Shown piece after piece: positions 1-13,275 of a stretch of DNA of 64,000 nucleotides (position 1 is its first letter; every line of letters begins with the position of its first letter). The notes below the pieces were generated by a model, which was given only the letters and a program-made list of their open reading frames with translations, did no database searches and had not been told where the DNA came from. The stretch is from Octopus vulgaris. Taxonomy: Eukaryota. Made by a program: the position numbers and the translations under genes. The stretch covers positions 65,844,001 to 65,908,000 of the forward strand of contig OX597821.1 of assembly GCA_951406725.2 (NCBI GenBank). Reading direction: 5' to 3'.

Positions 1-548
1 TGAGATGAAATCGTCGCAGATAGAGCTTTTCAGAGTATATGTACAGTGTGCATATGCATGCATGTGTGTGTGTGTGTGTGTTATCTAGCTCTTGATGTTT
101 CAAGTCTAGAGTATAATTAAATATCAAATAAATGACAAGGGAACAAGATACTATATAATGAACTTCAATGTCTTACAGCTGTTTCAGCTATATAAAACTA
201 ATGGTAATAGTGTTCACCGATTGCAGTATAAAATAAACAAACAGATCATTGATGCAGGCATGGCTGTGTGGTAAGAAGTTTGCTTTCCAACCACATGGTT
301 CCAGGTTCATTCCCACAGCATAGCACCTTGGGCAAATGTCTTCTATAATAGCATCATACTGACCAAAGCTTTGAGTGGATTTGGTAGACCAAAACTGGAA
401 GAAGCCTGTCGTGTGTGTGTGTGTGTATGTGTATATATATATAACGTCCGTTCTCCGGGGATCTGGGAAGCCAGAAGGCTGCACCAGGCTCCGGTCTTAT
501 CTGGCAATGTTTCTACAGCTGGATGCCCTTCCTATATATATTTTCTTT

Positions 549-935
549 TTGGAAGCACTCTGTCGGTAACGACGATGAGGGTTCCGGTTGATCCGAATCA
601 ACGGAACAGCCTGCTCGTGAAATTAACGTGTAAGTAGCTGAGCACTCCACAGACACGTGCACCCTTAACGTAGTTCTCGGGGATATTCAGCGTGACACAG
701 AGAGTGACAAGGCCGGTCCCTTGAAATACAGGTACAACAGAAACAGGAAGTAAGAGTGAGAGAAAGTTGTGGTGAAAGAGTACAGCAGGGATCACCACCA
801 TCCCCTGCCGGAGACTCGTGGAGCTTTTAGGTGTTTTCGCTCAATAAACACTCACAACGCCCGGTCTGGGAATTGAAACCGCGATCCTATGACCGCGAGT
901 CCGCTGCCCTAACCACTGGGCCATTGTGCCTCCAC
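549..935 (-). mobile_element. tRNA(Arg)-like SINE family B, tail variant B1
   Basis: Minus strand begins gtggaggcacaatggcccagtggttagggcagcggactcgcggtc...ggtttcaattccc; head shared with 6122-6420 and 32942-33253, tail shared with about 58590-58752. Confidence 0.85.
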
Positions 936-966
936 ATATATATATATATATATACACACATGCACA

Positions 967-1048
967 CAGAGTAGTCCCTCGACTATCATGGGTATTATGT
1001 TCCAAAACCCCTGCAATAGGTGAACCATGATATGGTGAGGAATTACTG
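967..1048. mobile_element. short Tigger/pogo-like MITE remnant
   Basis: Imperfect terminal inverted repeats (cag)agtagtccctc ... gaggaattactg. Confidence 0.45.
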
Positions 1049-1719
1049 TGTATATATGTAATTGTGTGTGTGTGTGTCTCTGTGTTTGTCTCCCTGCTAT
1101 CGCTTGACAACCTATGCTGGTATGCCTATGTCCCTGTAACTCGGCAGTTTGGCAAAGAGACCAATAGAATAAGTACTAGGCTTACAAAGAATAAGTCCTG
1201 GGGTTGATTTATTTGACTAAAACTCTTAAAGGCAGTGCTCCAGCATGGCCACAGTCTAACAACTGAAACAAGTAAAAGAATAAAAGAATAGATAAATAAA
1301 TAATTAAAAATGTGGGTGTTAACCATTTCCTAGTGACATTTCCTATTAAGATGGCTGCCTATGAGTTTGAATAAATTTTTCAGTAAAATCGATTTTGGAA
1401 GTAAAATATAAGCATCTGTAATTTATCATATATTGGTATATGTCGGTAGTATTGGATGTCTGATATTTCACAAAGACATACACATAATAATAATGAGATT
1501 TTGATTTAGATTTAAGTTTAATATTTTTTTTTGTTTTCCTTGAAATATACTGCTTCAAATTCAATTAATTTTTGAAATTATGAAGAATTTAGTAAAACAG
1601 CTTTGTTATTTATTAAGTTGCTATTTAGGAACATGTAGTATTTTTCTGCATATGAATCAAATTTTCCGACCAAAGAATTCCATGTGAAATGCAGCAAGGT
1701 TTGGACACTGGAGATATAC

Positions 1720-2101
1720 TTTTATTCTTTTATTCTTTTACTTGTTTCGGTCATTTGACTGTGGCCATGCTGGAGCACTACCTTTTAGTCGAGCAAATCG
1801 ATCCCAGGATTTGTTCTTTTGTAAGCCTAGTACTTATTCTATCGGTCTCTTTTACAGGGACATAAACACACCAGCATCACATGTCAAGCGATGTTGGGGG
1901 GGGGGACAAACACACATACACACACATATATATACATATATACGGCAGGCTTCCTTTCAGTTTCCATCTACAAAATCCATTCACAAAGCTTTGGTCGGCT
2001 CGAGGCTATAGTAGAAGACACTTGCCCAAGGTGCCACGCAATGGGACTAAACCCAGAACCATGTGCTTGGTAAGCAAGCTACTAACCACATAGCCACTCC
2101 T
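1720..2101 (-). mobile_element. SINE family A, near full length
   Basis: Reverse complement of the 55794-56207 copy. Confidence 0.85.
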
Positions 2102-2296
2102 GTCTCTGAATGTTTATGCTACTTATTCATGCTATATACCGTTATCAACTTATATGCTAGAAAATAAAGTAAATTTACATGAAATATACACTATATATGC
2201 GATACAAGTCGTATATACCCGATATACCTTATCAACTTATATGGAAGGAAGTACAGTAAATTAATATGAAAGTTTAATGGATTAATTTAGACTGAA

Positions 2297-2510
2297 TCTT
2301 TAGCATTCAAAATATACTGTTAAATATAATTCTCATTTATTTGTGTTATTTTGAATTAATTATAAATTATGTTGTAGCTTCATGATTCTGATGACTTGGT
2401 TATTTCTTTTTAGGGTAGGGTAGGTGTGAGGTGTTAGATCTGGCCAGTTTTAACTTAAAGCGGGTAGAATATTTGGGCTGGATTTGGCCATATTAAATGC
2501 TAAAGGGTAC
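2297..2510. mobile_element. MITE with (TTAA)CCCTTTAGCATT-type TIRs (piggyBac-like ends)
   Basis: ctttagcatt ... aatgctaaaggg; internal sequence is the reverse complement of 49813-50045 and 47461-47625. Confidence 0.6.
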
Positions 2511-2656
2511 AAGGTTATCTGGAAAAAGAGAGGGAGGGAGAGAGAGAGAGATAGATAGATAGATAGAGAGAGTGAGAGAGAGATCAGGAATGAAGAGAGG
2601 AACAGGTGAGCTGCTGCAAAGGAAATATGTGGTTACCCAACCTTAGGGAAGTTCAG

Positions 2657-2661
<5 letters not shown>

Positions 2662-2745
<84 letters not shown>
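2662..2745. repeat. (GA)n microsatellite
   Basis: Direct reading. Confidence 0.95.
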
Positions 2746-2748
<3 letters not shown>

Positions 2749-3439
2749 GTGAGTGGGAGACAGTAAGATAGAGATGGTGGCAAAGTGCTGGGCACACCCC
2801 CAAGGGTCACAGATCAGAATATAAATGGGATGGTTGAGTAAAAAAAGAGAGAGAGAGGGAGAGATGGTGGCAAGTGCCAGGGCATACCCTTGAGGTTCGA
2901 ATTCGTTAATATAAATGGCAGGATATTGCGAAGGAAGCATGATTTAAAAAATGTGTATGTGGGGCGGGGTGAGTGGTGAAAACCCGGGTATATATAAAGT
3001 CCAGGGGTTGGGCTGGGAGTGGGTGGGGGCTACTGGATAGTAACATATAATCTAAATTTTGCAGAGACGCAATATTCTGAAAATGTATAGTGAAGGATTC
3101 ATTCCATTAATTATTCTAATGAAATATTTATTCAATTTATTTTAAGAAATTCATAATGAAAAGAATAGGGTTACTAATTAAATGTGCATAATTTTCTTTT
3201 AATGAATAAGCAATATTATTAAACAAATAAATGAATATTAATAAAAACAAAAACAAACTTCAAATGAAATTTTATTTGTTACTGTAAAGCACGAGAGTTC
3301 ATAGTATACTACAATATGTTTAGGTGTGTGCATGTGTGCACACACATGTATATACACACACATGTATAAGAGTTGGCAACAGGGAGTGCATCCTGCCATA
3401 AAATTCTGTCTTATATATCTATCCATCCAACACACACAT

Positions 3440-4190
3440 ATTCTTTTATTCTTTTACTTGTTTTTAGTCATTTGACTGTGGCCATGCTGGGGCTCCATCT
3501 TTTAGTTGAACAAACCAACCCCAGGACTTATTCCTTGTAAACTGAATACTTATTCTATTACTCTCTTTTGCTGAACTGCTAAGTTATGGGGATGTAAACA
3601 CACCACTGTCAGTTTTCAAGCAATGTTTGTGGGGGATGAACACAGACACATGCACATCATCATCATCATCATCATCATCATCGTTAAACGTCTGCTTTCC
3701 ATGCTAGCATTGATTGGACGATTTGACAGAGGACTGGTGAACCAGATGGCTGCACCAGGCTCCAATCTGATCTGGTAGAATTTCTACAGCCAACCACTCT
3801 GAGAGTGTAGTGGGTGCTTTTATGTGCCACTGGTACAAGGGCCAGTCAGGTGGTACTGCCAATGGCCGCCCTCAAATGGTGTTTTTTACATGCCACCTGC
3901 ACAGGAGTCAGTCCAGCAGCACTGGCAATGACCTTGCTCGAATGTTTTTCCAGGTGTCACCAGCACAAGTGCCAGTAAGGCGATGCTGGTAATGAGCAAT
4001 GATGGTAACACACACACACACACACACATATATATGTGATGGGCATCTTTCAGTTTCCATTTACCAAATCCACACACAAAGCTTTGATCAGCCTGAGGCT
4101 ACAGTAGAAGACACCTGCCCAAGGAGTGACACAGTGGGACTGATCCTGGAACCATGTGGTTGAGAAGCCTGCTTCTTACTACACAACTCA
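3440..4190 (-). mobile_element. SINE family A interrupted by an RTE 3' tail element (about 3657-3995)
   Basis: SINE A 3' half at 3440-3655 and head at about 4035-4190 flank a (CAT)n-led family E segment. Confidence 0.75.
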
Positions 4191-4349
4191 CTTTCCTTTC
4201 TCTTCCGTCTGGGGTGTCCCTGTATCCACCCCACAGTAAAACCCCTAGACACCTCCCTCTGTTCCTTCATACCTCTAATCTCTCATCAAATGCCAGCAAG
4301 CCATCCCTCTCAATACGATTCCCCACTCCCAGTTGAGGATCATTTGTCT

Positions 4350-4605
4350 CGCAAGTTACTTGGTGACCCAGTGCCAGTAATGGTGTCGCATGAAAAAGCA
4401 CCAATGCCAATGCCATGTAAAAAGGCACCCAGTATACTCGGTCAAACACAGACACCACGCCAAAACAGACAATGGAGTTTGATAGGGTTCTTGGCCTTGC
4501 CATCTCCTGTCAAACCGTCCAACATAGAAAACCACCAGCATGGAAAGCGGACATTAAATGATGATGATGATGGTCATGACGATGGTGATGATGATGATGA
4601 TGATA
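4350..4605 (+). mobile_element. RTE-type 3' tail element (family E)
   Basis: aaaaagcacc repeats, aaaccgtccaac...agcatggaaagcggacattaaat(gat)n. Confidence 0.65.
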
Positions 4606-4636
4606 AATGCATTGTTATAATGTTATATTTTGTCAT

Positions 4637-4992
4637 TCTTTTACTCTTTTACCCACTCATTTGACTGGTGCCATGCTGGAGCACCACCTTAAATGGTTTT
4701 AGTTGAAGAAATCGATCCCAGGACTTGTTCTTTGTTACCTAATACTTACTGTATTGGTCTCTTTTACTGAACTGCTAAGTTAAGAAGACATAAAATCCCC
4801 AGTATCAGTTGTTATATATATATATATAAATATATATTTATATATATATACGATGGGCTTCTTTCAGTTTCCATCCACCAAATCCACTGACAACGTTTTG
4901 GTCAGCCCGAGGATATAGTAGAAGGCAGTTGTCCAAGGTGTCATGCAGTGGGACTGAACCTGGAACCATTAGGCTGCGAAGTAAGCTTCTTA
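4637..4992 (-). mobile_element. SINE family A, degenerate
   Basis: Similarity to the family A copies. Confidence 0.75.
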
Positions 4993-5406
4993 TTCCTTTA
5001 TTGCTCACAAGGGGCCAAACACAGAGGGGACAAATAAGGACAAACAAAGGGATTAAGTCAATTACATCAACTCCAGTGCATAACTGGTACTTAATTTATC
5101 GACCCCGAAAGGATGAAAGTCAAAGTCGAGCTCAGCTGAATTTGAACTCAGAACATAACGGCAGACGAAATACTTATTTCTTTACTACCCACAAGGGGCT
5201 AAACACAGAGGGGACAAACAAGGACAGACAAATGGATTAAGTCGATTACATCGACCCCAGTGTGTAACTGATACTTAATTTATCGACCCCGAAAGGATGA
5301 AAGGCAAAGTCGAGCTCAGCTGAATTTGAACTCAGAACATAACAGCAGACGGAATACTGCTAAGCATTTCGCCTAGCGTGCTAACGTTACTGCCAGCTCG
5401 CCGCCT
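4993..5406 (-). mobile_element. SINE family C, two tandem units (one 5'-truncated)
   Basis: Minus strand ggcggcgagctggcagtaacgttagcacg...ctgagttcaaattc...gactttgcctttcatcctttcggggtcgataaattaag; second unit repeats the core and tail. Confidence 0.8.
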
Positions 5407-6121
5407 TCTTACCACACAACCACACATGTATATGTGTGTGTGTGTGTGTGTAATATTCGTACACAGCCTTGTGAAAAGAAGGGTGTATGAGAAAATTGTG
5501 TCAGTAAAATACAAGGAACTCAATCTACTTCTTTAAAACTGAAGATTACGATGGCGATTAGCCAATTTCTCAAATTGGAATGTGCAGTGAAACAAACAAA
5601 CACAATGATGTAAATTTTATTCGTGTTGATTCTATAAATCTGTCTTGGCATGTAAGAAAATATATTGTATTTGTGTGAATATACATGTGAAGTGTATGTG
5701 TGTGTTTGTGTGTGAGTGTGTGTATAGATATACATATTATAGTTATCGCCATCATCATCTTCGTCACTACCACCATCACCAACATATTCAGCTTCCATTC
5801 ATTGTGGTGTGGGTGGCTTGCCCCGACAACTTGTCTTCGTTCATCTTTATCTCCTGCTCCCCTTGTTGCACTGATAAACCTGTCATTTTCATGTATGTAT
5901 GAATGAATGTATATCTAGTTATCTATTCATCTGTACATATATATATATATGTGTGTGTGCGTGTGTATGTGTGTAAGCATACATTACTCACATATGTACA
6001 AATACATACACATACAGATAGATTCATTGATAAAACAAAGGAGAGACATAGATTAAGAAAGAGGGTTGCATGAAAATGTGTTTGTGTATGTGAGTGTATA
6101 AATATATATATATATATATAT

Positions 6122-6417
6122 CTCACGTGATCACGTGACCAACCAGACCATCAGATGTTGTTACACATCGCTGGTCACAATGCGTTCGCATTGTTTTAGC
6201 CTTCGAATGACGCCACCCCGCTGGCTAAGCGAGCTGCCAACAGAAGAAATAGTGGGAGAAACAGTGGTGAAAGAGTACAGCAGGGATCACCCCCCGCCTG
6301 CCAGAACCTCGTGGAGCTTTTAGGTGTTTTCGCTCAATAAACACTCACAACGCCCGGTCTGGGAATCGAAACCGCGATCCTGCGACCGCTGCCCTAACCA
6401 CTAGGCCATTGCGCCTC

Positions 6418-6420
<3 letters not shown>
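6122..6420 (-). mobile_element. SINE family B, tail variant B2
   Basis: Same tRNA-like head as 549-935 with a different tail (gcttagccagcggggtggcgtcattcgaaggc...ggtcacgtgatc); flanked by (TA)n. Confidence 0.85.
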
Positions 6421-6448
<28 letters not shown>

Positions 6449-6959
6449 GCTATTTCATTAAAACTAAAATAACTTCCTAAGCTGTTACTTACAGTTTCAT
6501 GTAACCATTCATTGGACAATTCTGTTAATAAAGACTAGTAAAAAAAAAAAATTATAAATTTTATAGTGCACAGAAAGCTAAAATATTCTTTTTACCACAC
6601 TGTATTAGCACAAATGTCTATTTATTAAAGTTATTTCAATCTTTGAGTAACAGTGTGCGAAGTTTCTTTTCGGCGTTAATAAAATTGCATTTTACACTAC
6701 CTTTGGTATTCAATTACTATTTTTACCACCTTATTTTGCACTGGCATGCTTATTTGTATCTGTCTGTCTGTCTGTCTTTCTATCAGTCAATCATCATTAT
6801 CATTTAAAATCTGTCTTCCATGCTGGAATGGGTTTGATGGTTTGAGAGGAACTGTTGAACCAGAGGATTGTACTAAGCTCTACTGTCTGTTTTAGCATAG
6901 TTTTTATGATTGGATGTCTTTCCTAATGCCAACCTTTTGCAGAGTGGACTCTTTACAAC

Positions 6960-6990
<31 letters not shown>

Positions 6991-7016
6991 CATACATACA
7001 TACATATACATACATA

Positions 7017-7053
<37 letters not shown>

Positions 7054-7282
7054 CATCATCATCATCATCATCATCGTTTAGCGTCCGTTTTCCATGCTAG
7101 CATGGGTTGGACAGATATATATATATATATATAAATATATATACATATATATACATATACACACCACACATATATGTATATATTTATATATATATACATA
7201 CATACATACATACATACACACCACATACATATATATGTATACATATTTACATAATATACATACACACACATATACATATATA

Positions 7283-7472
7283 GGAAATTTACAGAAAAAT
7301 AAAGACAAAGACAGGTGTATAAACAACAAGCTAATGTATTAGTCTGATGCTTGGGAAGGTGAGAAAGACTCTTATGTTTTGAGCCTACTTTTGTCAACAG
7401 AAAGGAACACAAGGAAATAAACAGAGAGAATAAAAAAATAAAAAACACTTGTGGATTTAGCAGTCAATCATG
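7283..7472 (-). mobile_element. decayed short Penelope-pLTR-like element (same family as 52161-52360 and 37049-37222)
   Basis: Reverse complement aligns by eye with 52161-52360; hammerhead-like core degenerate. Confidence 0.5.
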
Positions 7473-7877
7473 CTACATATAGAGATTATTACACGCACAT
7501 ACACACACTCACATATATATACGCACACATATATATATACACATACACACACACAAACATATATGTTTGTATATATATGTATGTATATATATATACATAT
7601 ATATGTATATAAATATACACACACATACACACACATACACACAAATGCACACACACACACACATGCATACTTTATATATATATTTATGAATGTGATAGCA
7701 TGATGGCTTCTGTATTTATTTGTAAATTTCTTTGAATATACATGTGCGTTTGTATGTGTGCATATGTATGAGCTTAAATGCATGTGTAACAAAAAAAGTC
7801 ATGCAGTGAAGCAAAAACATCTCAAACGAATGAACGATTTCAATCATACTGTTGCATCTGGATATATAACCATATGC

Positions 7878-8095
7878 ATTGGGTTGTCCGGAAAGTTCAT
7901 GCCGATTTATAGTAGATTACCTTACCATTTATTTTAGAACATGGTCGAGTCCATAAAATAGAATTTAACTACACCTCTGTTTAGAGCACAGTTTAAGCTA
8001 TCTTTTCACGGAAGAAGGTTTATGTTCCTATAACCTGTGTTAATTCTGTAACCCTTTAAAATGTAAGATAAGAAACTTAATTTTCGGCATCACAA
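7878..8095 (+). mobile_element. mariner transposon 5' fragment (left TIR plus dead transposase start)
   Basis: TIR-like attgggttgtccggaaagttcatgccgattt; frame at 8061 reads M*DKKLNFRH, resembling mariner N-termini of the M-E-x-x-K-x-H-F-R-H type. Confidence 0.6.
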
Positions 8096-8129
8096 ATTCT
8101 TGTGATCTAAGTGTTCCAACCATGATCAT

Positions 8130-8162
<33 letters not shown>

Positions 8163-8166
<4 letters not shown>

Positions 8167-8550
8167 TCATCATCATCATCATCATCATCATTTAACATCC
8201 GTTTCCATGCTAGCATGGGTTGGATGGTTTCACCAGGGTCAGAGAAGCCAGGAGGCTGCACCAGACACCAGTCTGATCTGGTAGTGTTTCTACAGCTGGA
8301 TGCCCTTCGTAATGCCAACCCTCTCCATGAGTGTAGTGAGTGCTTTTTACGTGCCAGTGTCACAGGGGGCAGTGGAGGCTGACAACATCCATGATCGGTT
8401 GGTGCTTTTTACGAGCAGTCAAGGCGGCGCTGGCATCAGCCTCATTCAGATGGTGTTTTTTACGTGCCACTGGCACGTGTATGACAACTACAATTTCCAT
8501 TTGATTTTTGTTTTCATGTTGATGTACTTGACTCAAGCACAGCAGGTTGG
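8163..8550 (-). mobile_element. RTE 3' UTR fragment (family E)
   Basis: (CAT)n then tttaacatccgtttccatgctagcatgggttgga...gctggatgcccttc; matches 38207-38530. Confidence 0.8.
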
Positions 8551-8814
8551 CATGTATATATATATATGACAGGCTTCTTTCAGTTTCCATCTACTAAATC
8601 CACTCACACTTACCCAAGATACCATGTAGTGGGGCTGAAACCAGAACCATGTGGTTGGGAAGCAAGCTTTTTACCACAGAGCCACGCCTACATATGTATA
8701 TATATATGTTTATTTGTGTTTTCATATAATAGGGATTAAATTGTCCAGCGTGTCCTTTTAGTTAAGGTGGTGAAGTGTGATTTGAAGGAGAGATTTAGCT
8801 GCTACTTCTAGCAG

Positions 8815-9157
8815 TGGTGGTCATGATAAATATGGTGAAAACTAATGATAAATGAATGCTAATGAATGTTGATCAAGGTGGTGGTGGTGGTGGCAGTGAC
8901 GATAGTGATGGTGAAGATGGCTGCATTAGTAGATACGATGATAATGATAATGGTGATGATGACGATGCTAGTGTTGTTGCTGACCATGATGGTGGTGGTG
9001 GTGGATGTAGTGACGATAATGACGACGGCGGTGGTGGTGGTGATGGCGGCAACAATGATGATGATGGTGGTGATGAAGATGATGACGGTGGTGGTGATGA
9101 TGTTGATGATGGCAACAATGATGACGATGGTGATGGTGGTGTTAGTGGTGGTGAAGG

Positions 9158-9189
<32 letters not shown>

Positions 9190-9405
9190 CAACAATGAAG
9201 ATGGTAGTGGTGGTGGTGGTGGTGTTGATGATGATGGCAACACACATGTAAACAGTAGTGATGGTGGGGAGGCAAAAAAAAAACAGGTGGGGAATAGTTG
9301 TGGTGTTTGCAGTGATGGTGACAATGATGCTGGTGGCAATGTTAATAGTGATAATGATGATGATGAGGAGGAGGAGGATGAGGATGATGGAGGTGTTGAT
9401 GATGA
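8815..9405. repeat. degenerate (GAT/GGT)n low-complexity tract
   Basis: Direct reading; generates the D/G-, M/V- and S/P-rich ORFs on both strands. Confidence 0.9.
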
Positions 9406-9532
9406 CCAACATGAAAGCTGATAGGGAGTGAGAGACAGAACGGCCATTGCCTGTACTGCAAGAGACATCCATCTCATCTGTCTTCCCTGTTTGCCTTCAC
9501 TGTCTACACTAGAACAGATTCCACCACAGAAT

Positions 9533-9572
<40 letters not shown>

Positions 9573-9934
9573 CCAGTGTCACTTTGATGGCATGAACTGC
9601 TCTCTCACTCAGTAATAATAATAATGATAATGATACACCATCAGAGCCTGTCTATTGATTTTCCTCCTGTCTTCTTCGAACAAAAGTGCTGTACTCTTAT
9701 AGCATTGTAATCTTTAATCTTGTTCATGATGATGATGATGATTGTGATGATGATTATATATATGTATCATCATCATCACCATCATTTAACGTCCGTGTTC
9801 CATGCTAGTGTGGGTGGGACATGACATATATATATATGAGAGGGAGAGAGACAGACAGAGAGAAATACAGATAAAACAAAACAACAAGCAGGTAGACAGA
9901 CAGACAGACAGATAATCAGACAGATGGACAGATG

Positions 9935-10001
9935 GATGGATGGATGGTTAGATGAAAAGACAAATGGATAGATAGAAAGATGGATAGGATAGATATGTGT
10001 T

Positions 10002-10078
<77 letters not shown>

Positions 10079-10115
10079 GGATGGATGGATGGACGGACGG
10101 ACAGATGGATGGATT
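9935..10115. repeat. (TAGA)n/(TGGA)n microsatellite
   Basis: Direct reading. Confidence 0.9.
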
Positions 10116-10911
10116 AGATAGGCAGATGGATAAACAGACACAGTGATAGATAAAGGAAGGGGGGGAGAGAGAGAGAGAAAGCAAAAGAGAGAGAGAAAGA
10201 GAAGACAGACAGATGTAGAAGAATTAGGAGGAAAAGATTAAAATAAAGTGAGATAAAGAAGGGAAAAGGCAGGTGAAATAGAGAGAAAGAGAAGATAAAG
10301 AAAGGGCACTCTAGTGAGAGATACAGAGAGATAGAGAGGGATACACTGTATCATGCCACCTGTTTTATCTAACAAACATTGAATGTTTAACATTAATTTC
10401 TAACAGAAGTACAATACTGCAAATATACAAAGGTGCATGCATATATAACTGCAGAAATGATTAACAAGTAGCGTATAACTGGTATTTTATATTATAGACA
10501 CCCAGAAGGAAGACAGGTAATGTCAACTTCCCTAGTGTTAGGTAACCAAATTCAGAACATAAAGGGAGATAACTAGAATACGACAAGTATATTCTCCGGT
10601 GTTCATTTAATTTTGCCATCCAGAGCTCTGAGTCTCACATAAATAATTACAGTTAGAGGGGGACAAAAACAGCTTCAATGATTTCGCACTTCTAAGTCAT
10701 CTCTCTCCTTCTCTGTTGTATTGTCTGTCAATCTTTTTTTTTTTTTTTTTTTTTTTATCTATCTGAATTATCTAGCTATTTCTGTGAATATCTATCGGGG
10801 CCTTACGTTTAATTACTTATTAACATGTCTATTTGCATATCTGCCTCCCTGTTTGTATGTTTGTTAAATGTTTGCTATCCCATTTATTGATCTAGCTTAC
10901 TAAATGCTTAA

Positions 10912-10913
<2 letters not shown>

Positions 10914-10953
<40 letters not shown>

Positions 10954-11156
10954 TTACCCATCAGGTTCAGTCTGTTTAACAGTTTGTCTACCTATATACT
11001 TACCTACCTACCTACCTACTTACCTGTCTTTCTGTCTATTTATCTATCTATCTATTTATCTACTTTTCTTTCTATCTATCTGTCTGTTTGTCAGTCTGTC
11101 TAGAATCTATTTATCTATCTGTCAGTCTGTTATCTATCTATCTATCTACCTACCTT

Positions 11157-11203
<47 letters not shown>

Positions 11204-11442
11204 GTCTGTCAGTCAGTCTGTCTGCTATCTTTCTATCTATCTGTTAGTCTGTCTGTGTCTGCTATCTGTCTATCTATTTATCTATCTTCTATCTATCTGT
11301 CTGTTGGCTATCTATCTATCTACCTTTCTATTTATCTATCTATCTATCTATCTACCTTTCTATCTATCTATCTACCTTTCTATCTATCTATCTATCTATC
11401 TATCTGTCTGTTGGCTATCTATCTATCTATCTACTTTTCTAT

Positions 11443-11473
<31 letters not shown>

Positions 11474-11481
11474 CCTACCTT

Positions 11482-11513
<32 letters not shown>

Positions 11514-11517
11514 CCTT

Positions 11518-11557
<40 letters not shown>

Positions 11558-11595
11558 CCTTTATCTATCTTTCTGTCTATCTATCTATCAATCAA
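10914..11595. repeat. about 680-bp (ATCT)n-derived array with acctttct interruptions
   Basis: Direct reading; source of the LSIY ORFs. Confidence 0.95.
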
Positions 11596-12643
11596 TTGAT
11601 CAATTTTTCTTTGAGTACCTTTCAACCGCTCTATCTGTTGCATTCCTCTATACTATCTCTATTTGTCTTTCTATTTATCTGTTTATCTATCAATCCCATA
11701 TATTGATCTATTTCATCTATATTTACTGGTCACTGTAATTTCGTATGTCAGCCTATCTGTCTTTCCGTCTGTTCGGCTGCCTGGTTCCTGGTCCTGAATT
11801 CTCTGTCTGTGGAGATGTCTGTCTCTATCTATATCTGCGTCTGCATGTCTTTCAGCTTATTTACTTGTCCGTTTGTATCTGTCTGTCTATCCATCCATTG
11901 AGCTAGTTTTATATTTCACTGGATATATGGCTATCTATTATATGTTTATCTCTGCATCTGTCAGATAATCTATCATTCTGTGTCTATCTGTTTGCTCATT
12001 TGTCTGTCTCTCTGTCTGTCTTCTGTCTGTCTATCCATCCATCCATCCATCCATCTGTCTTCTTGACCGTCTGTCTAACTACTTGTGTATCTATCAATCT
12101 ATCTATCTAACTATCCATCTCTCTCATGTGTGTGTTAGTGTGCAATTGAGAGAAAGGTAGAACAGGTAAGTAAATGAATGAGAGAAAGAGGGAGAGAGAG
12201 AAGAGGGCAAAAGAGGCGAGAGAGAGAGAGAAAGAAGGAGAGAGAGGGAGAGGGAAAGACAGATAGAGTAAGTAAATTCTTGTGAGAAAATAACACAGTG
12301 TGCTTGTATGTGTCTGTGCATCCAGGCAATAGAAACACAGTTGTGGTTAGGTGGTTAAACAGTTTTGATTTTCAATCCCCAAGATCCATGTTCAACTCAG
12401 CATCTAGGGTAACTGTTTTTCTTTTTTTCTTTTTCATTTTTACTATAATTGGGCTGATCAAAGCTTCCTGAAGGATAAACTAGGGAGACAGAAACTGTGC
12501 TGAAGCCCATTGAATGAATTTTTACCTGTAACAATTCAACAGTACAACTTTACCCCTTCACAGTGTTGTGTTGATTCTGAGAATTTAAGAATTCAATTCA
12601 AGACACAAATGTCATTGGAATACTCAGCCACCACTTACATAGA

Positions 12644-13012
12644 CATGGCTATGCAGTTAAGAAGCTTACTTTGCAACCATGAAGTTTCGGGTTCAGTCCT
12701 AGTAAGGGGCACCTTGGGCAAAAGTCTTCTACTGTAGCTTCAGGCCGTCAAATACCACGTGAATGAATTTGGTTAGATAGAAACTGTGTGAAATCCCAAT
12801 GTGTGTGTGTGTGAATGTCTGCGTCTTCATGTGTGTCCCACACTGCTTGACAACCAGGGCTGGTTTTGTATACATCCCTGTAACTTAGCAGCTCATCGAA
12901 GGTGACCAATAGAATAAGTACCAGACTTTAAAGTGGATACTGGAGTTGATTTGCTTGACTAAATCCTTCAAAATGGTGCTCCAGTATGACCACAACCCAG
13001 TGACCATAACAA
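12644..13012 (+). mobile_element. older SINE family A copy
   Basis: Degenerate head (gggttcagtcc, ggcaccttgggcaaa) and tail (ggtgctccagtatgaccac). Confidence 0.7.
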
Positions 13013-13014
13013 AG

Positions 13015-13230
13015 GATATTGGCTTCAAATTTTAGTACAAGGCCAGCAATTTCAGGGAGTCACAAAATCAATTAGATCGACCCCAGGATTGAACTAATGT
13101 TTATTTTATTGGCCCCGAAAAGATGAAAGGCAGAGTTACCCTTGGTGGAATTTGAACTCAGAATTTAAAGATGGATGAAACGCTGCTAAGCATTTTGACT
13201 TGTGAGCTAACGATCCAGCCAGCTGACCAC
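13015..13230 (-). mobile_element. SINE family C
   Basis: ccccgaaaagatgaaaggca...ggaatttgaactcagaa. Confidence 0.7.
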
Positions 13231-13275
13231 TTTCAAATTAATCTCTTTTTGATATTAAATATGACACTAAAAGAG

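Larger units (their letters stand above)
254..1290 (+). mobile_element. tRNA-derived SINE family A, interrupted by nested inserts (RTE tail fragment, SINE B1, small MITE)
   Basis: Head 254-410 (tggctgtgtggtaag A-box-like, ggttcattccc B-box-like) and 3' half about 1065-1290 ending ccagcatggccacagtc..ctgaaacaagtaaaagaataaaagaata; both match the intact copy at 55794-56207. Confidence 0.8.

Noticed and set aside
172-188. Minus-strand GAAAC-agct-GTA, the 3' half of a minimal hammerhead
   Set aside because: No CUGANGA box found at a suitable distance; at best a truncated relic
860-935. tRNA-Arg-like sequence (also the heads of SINEs A, C and D)
   Set aside because: Runs into SINE bodies and lacks a proper acceptor stem; SINE heads, not tRNA genes
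2130-2271. Short degenerate tandem duplication (about 90-bp period)
   Set aside because: Two diverged AT-rich copies with no further structure; ordinary slippage product
8856-9582. D/G-rich and S/P-rich ORFs resembling acidic or structural proteins
   Set aside because: Degenerate (GAT/GGT)n tract open in most frames on both strands; no splice or domain evidence
10904-11738. 231-aa and 216-aa LSIY-repeat ORFs
   Set aside because: Translation of the (ATCT)n array
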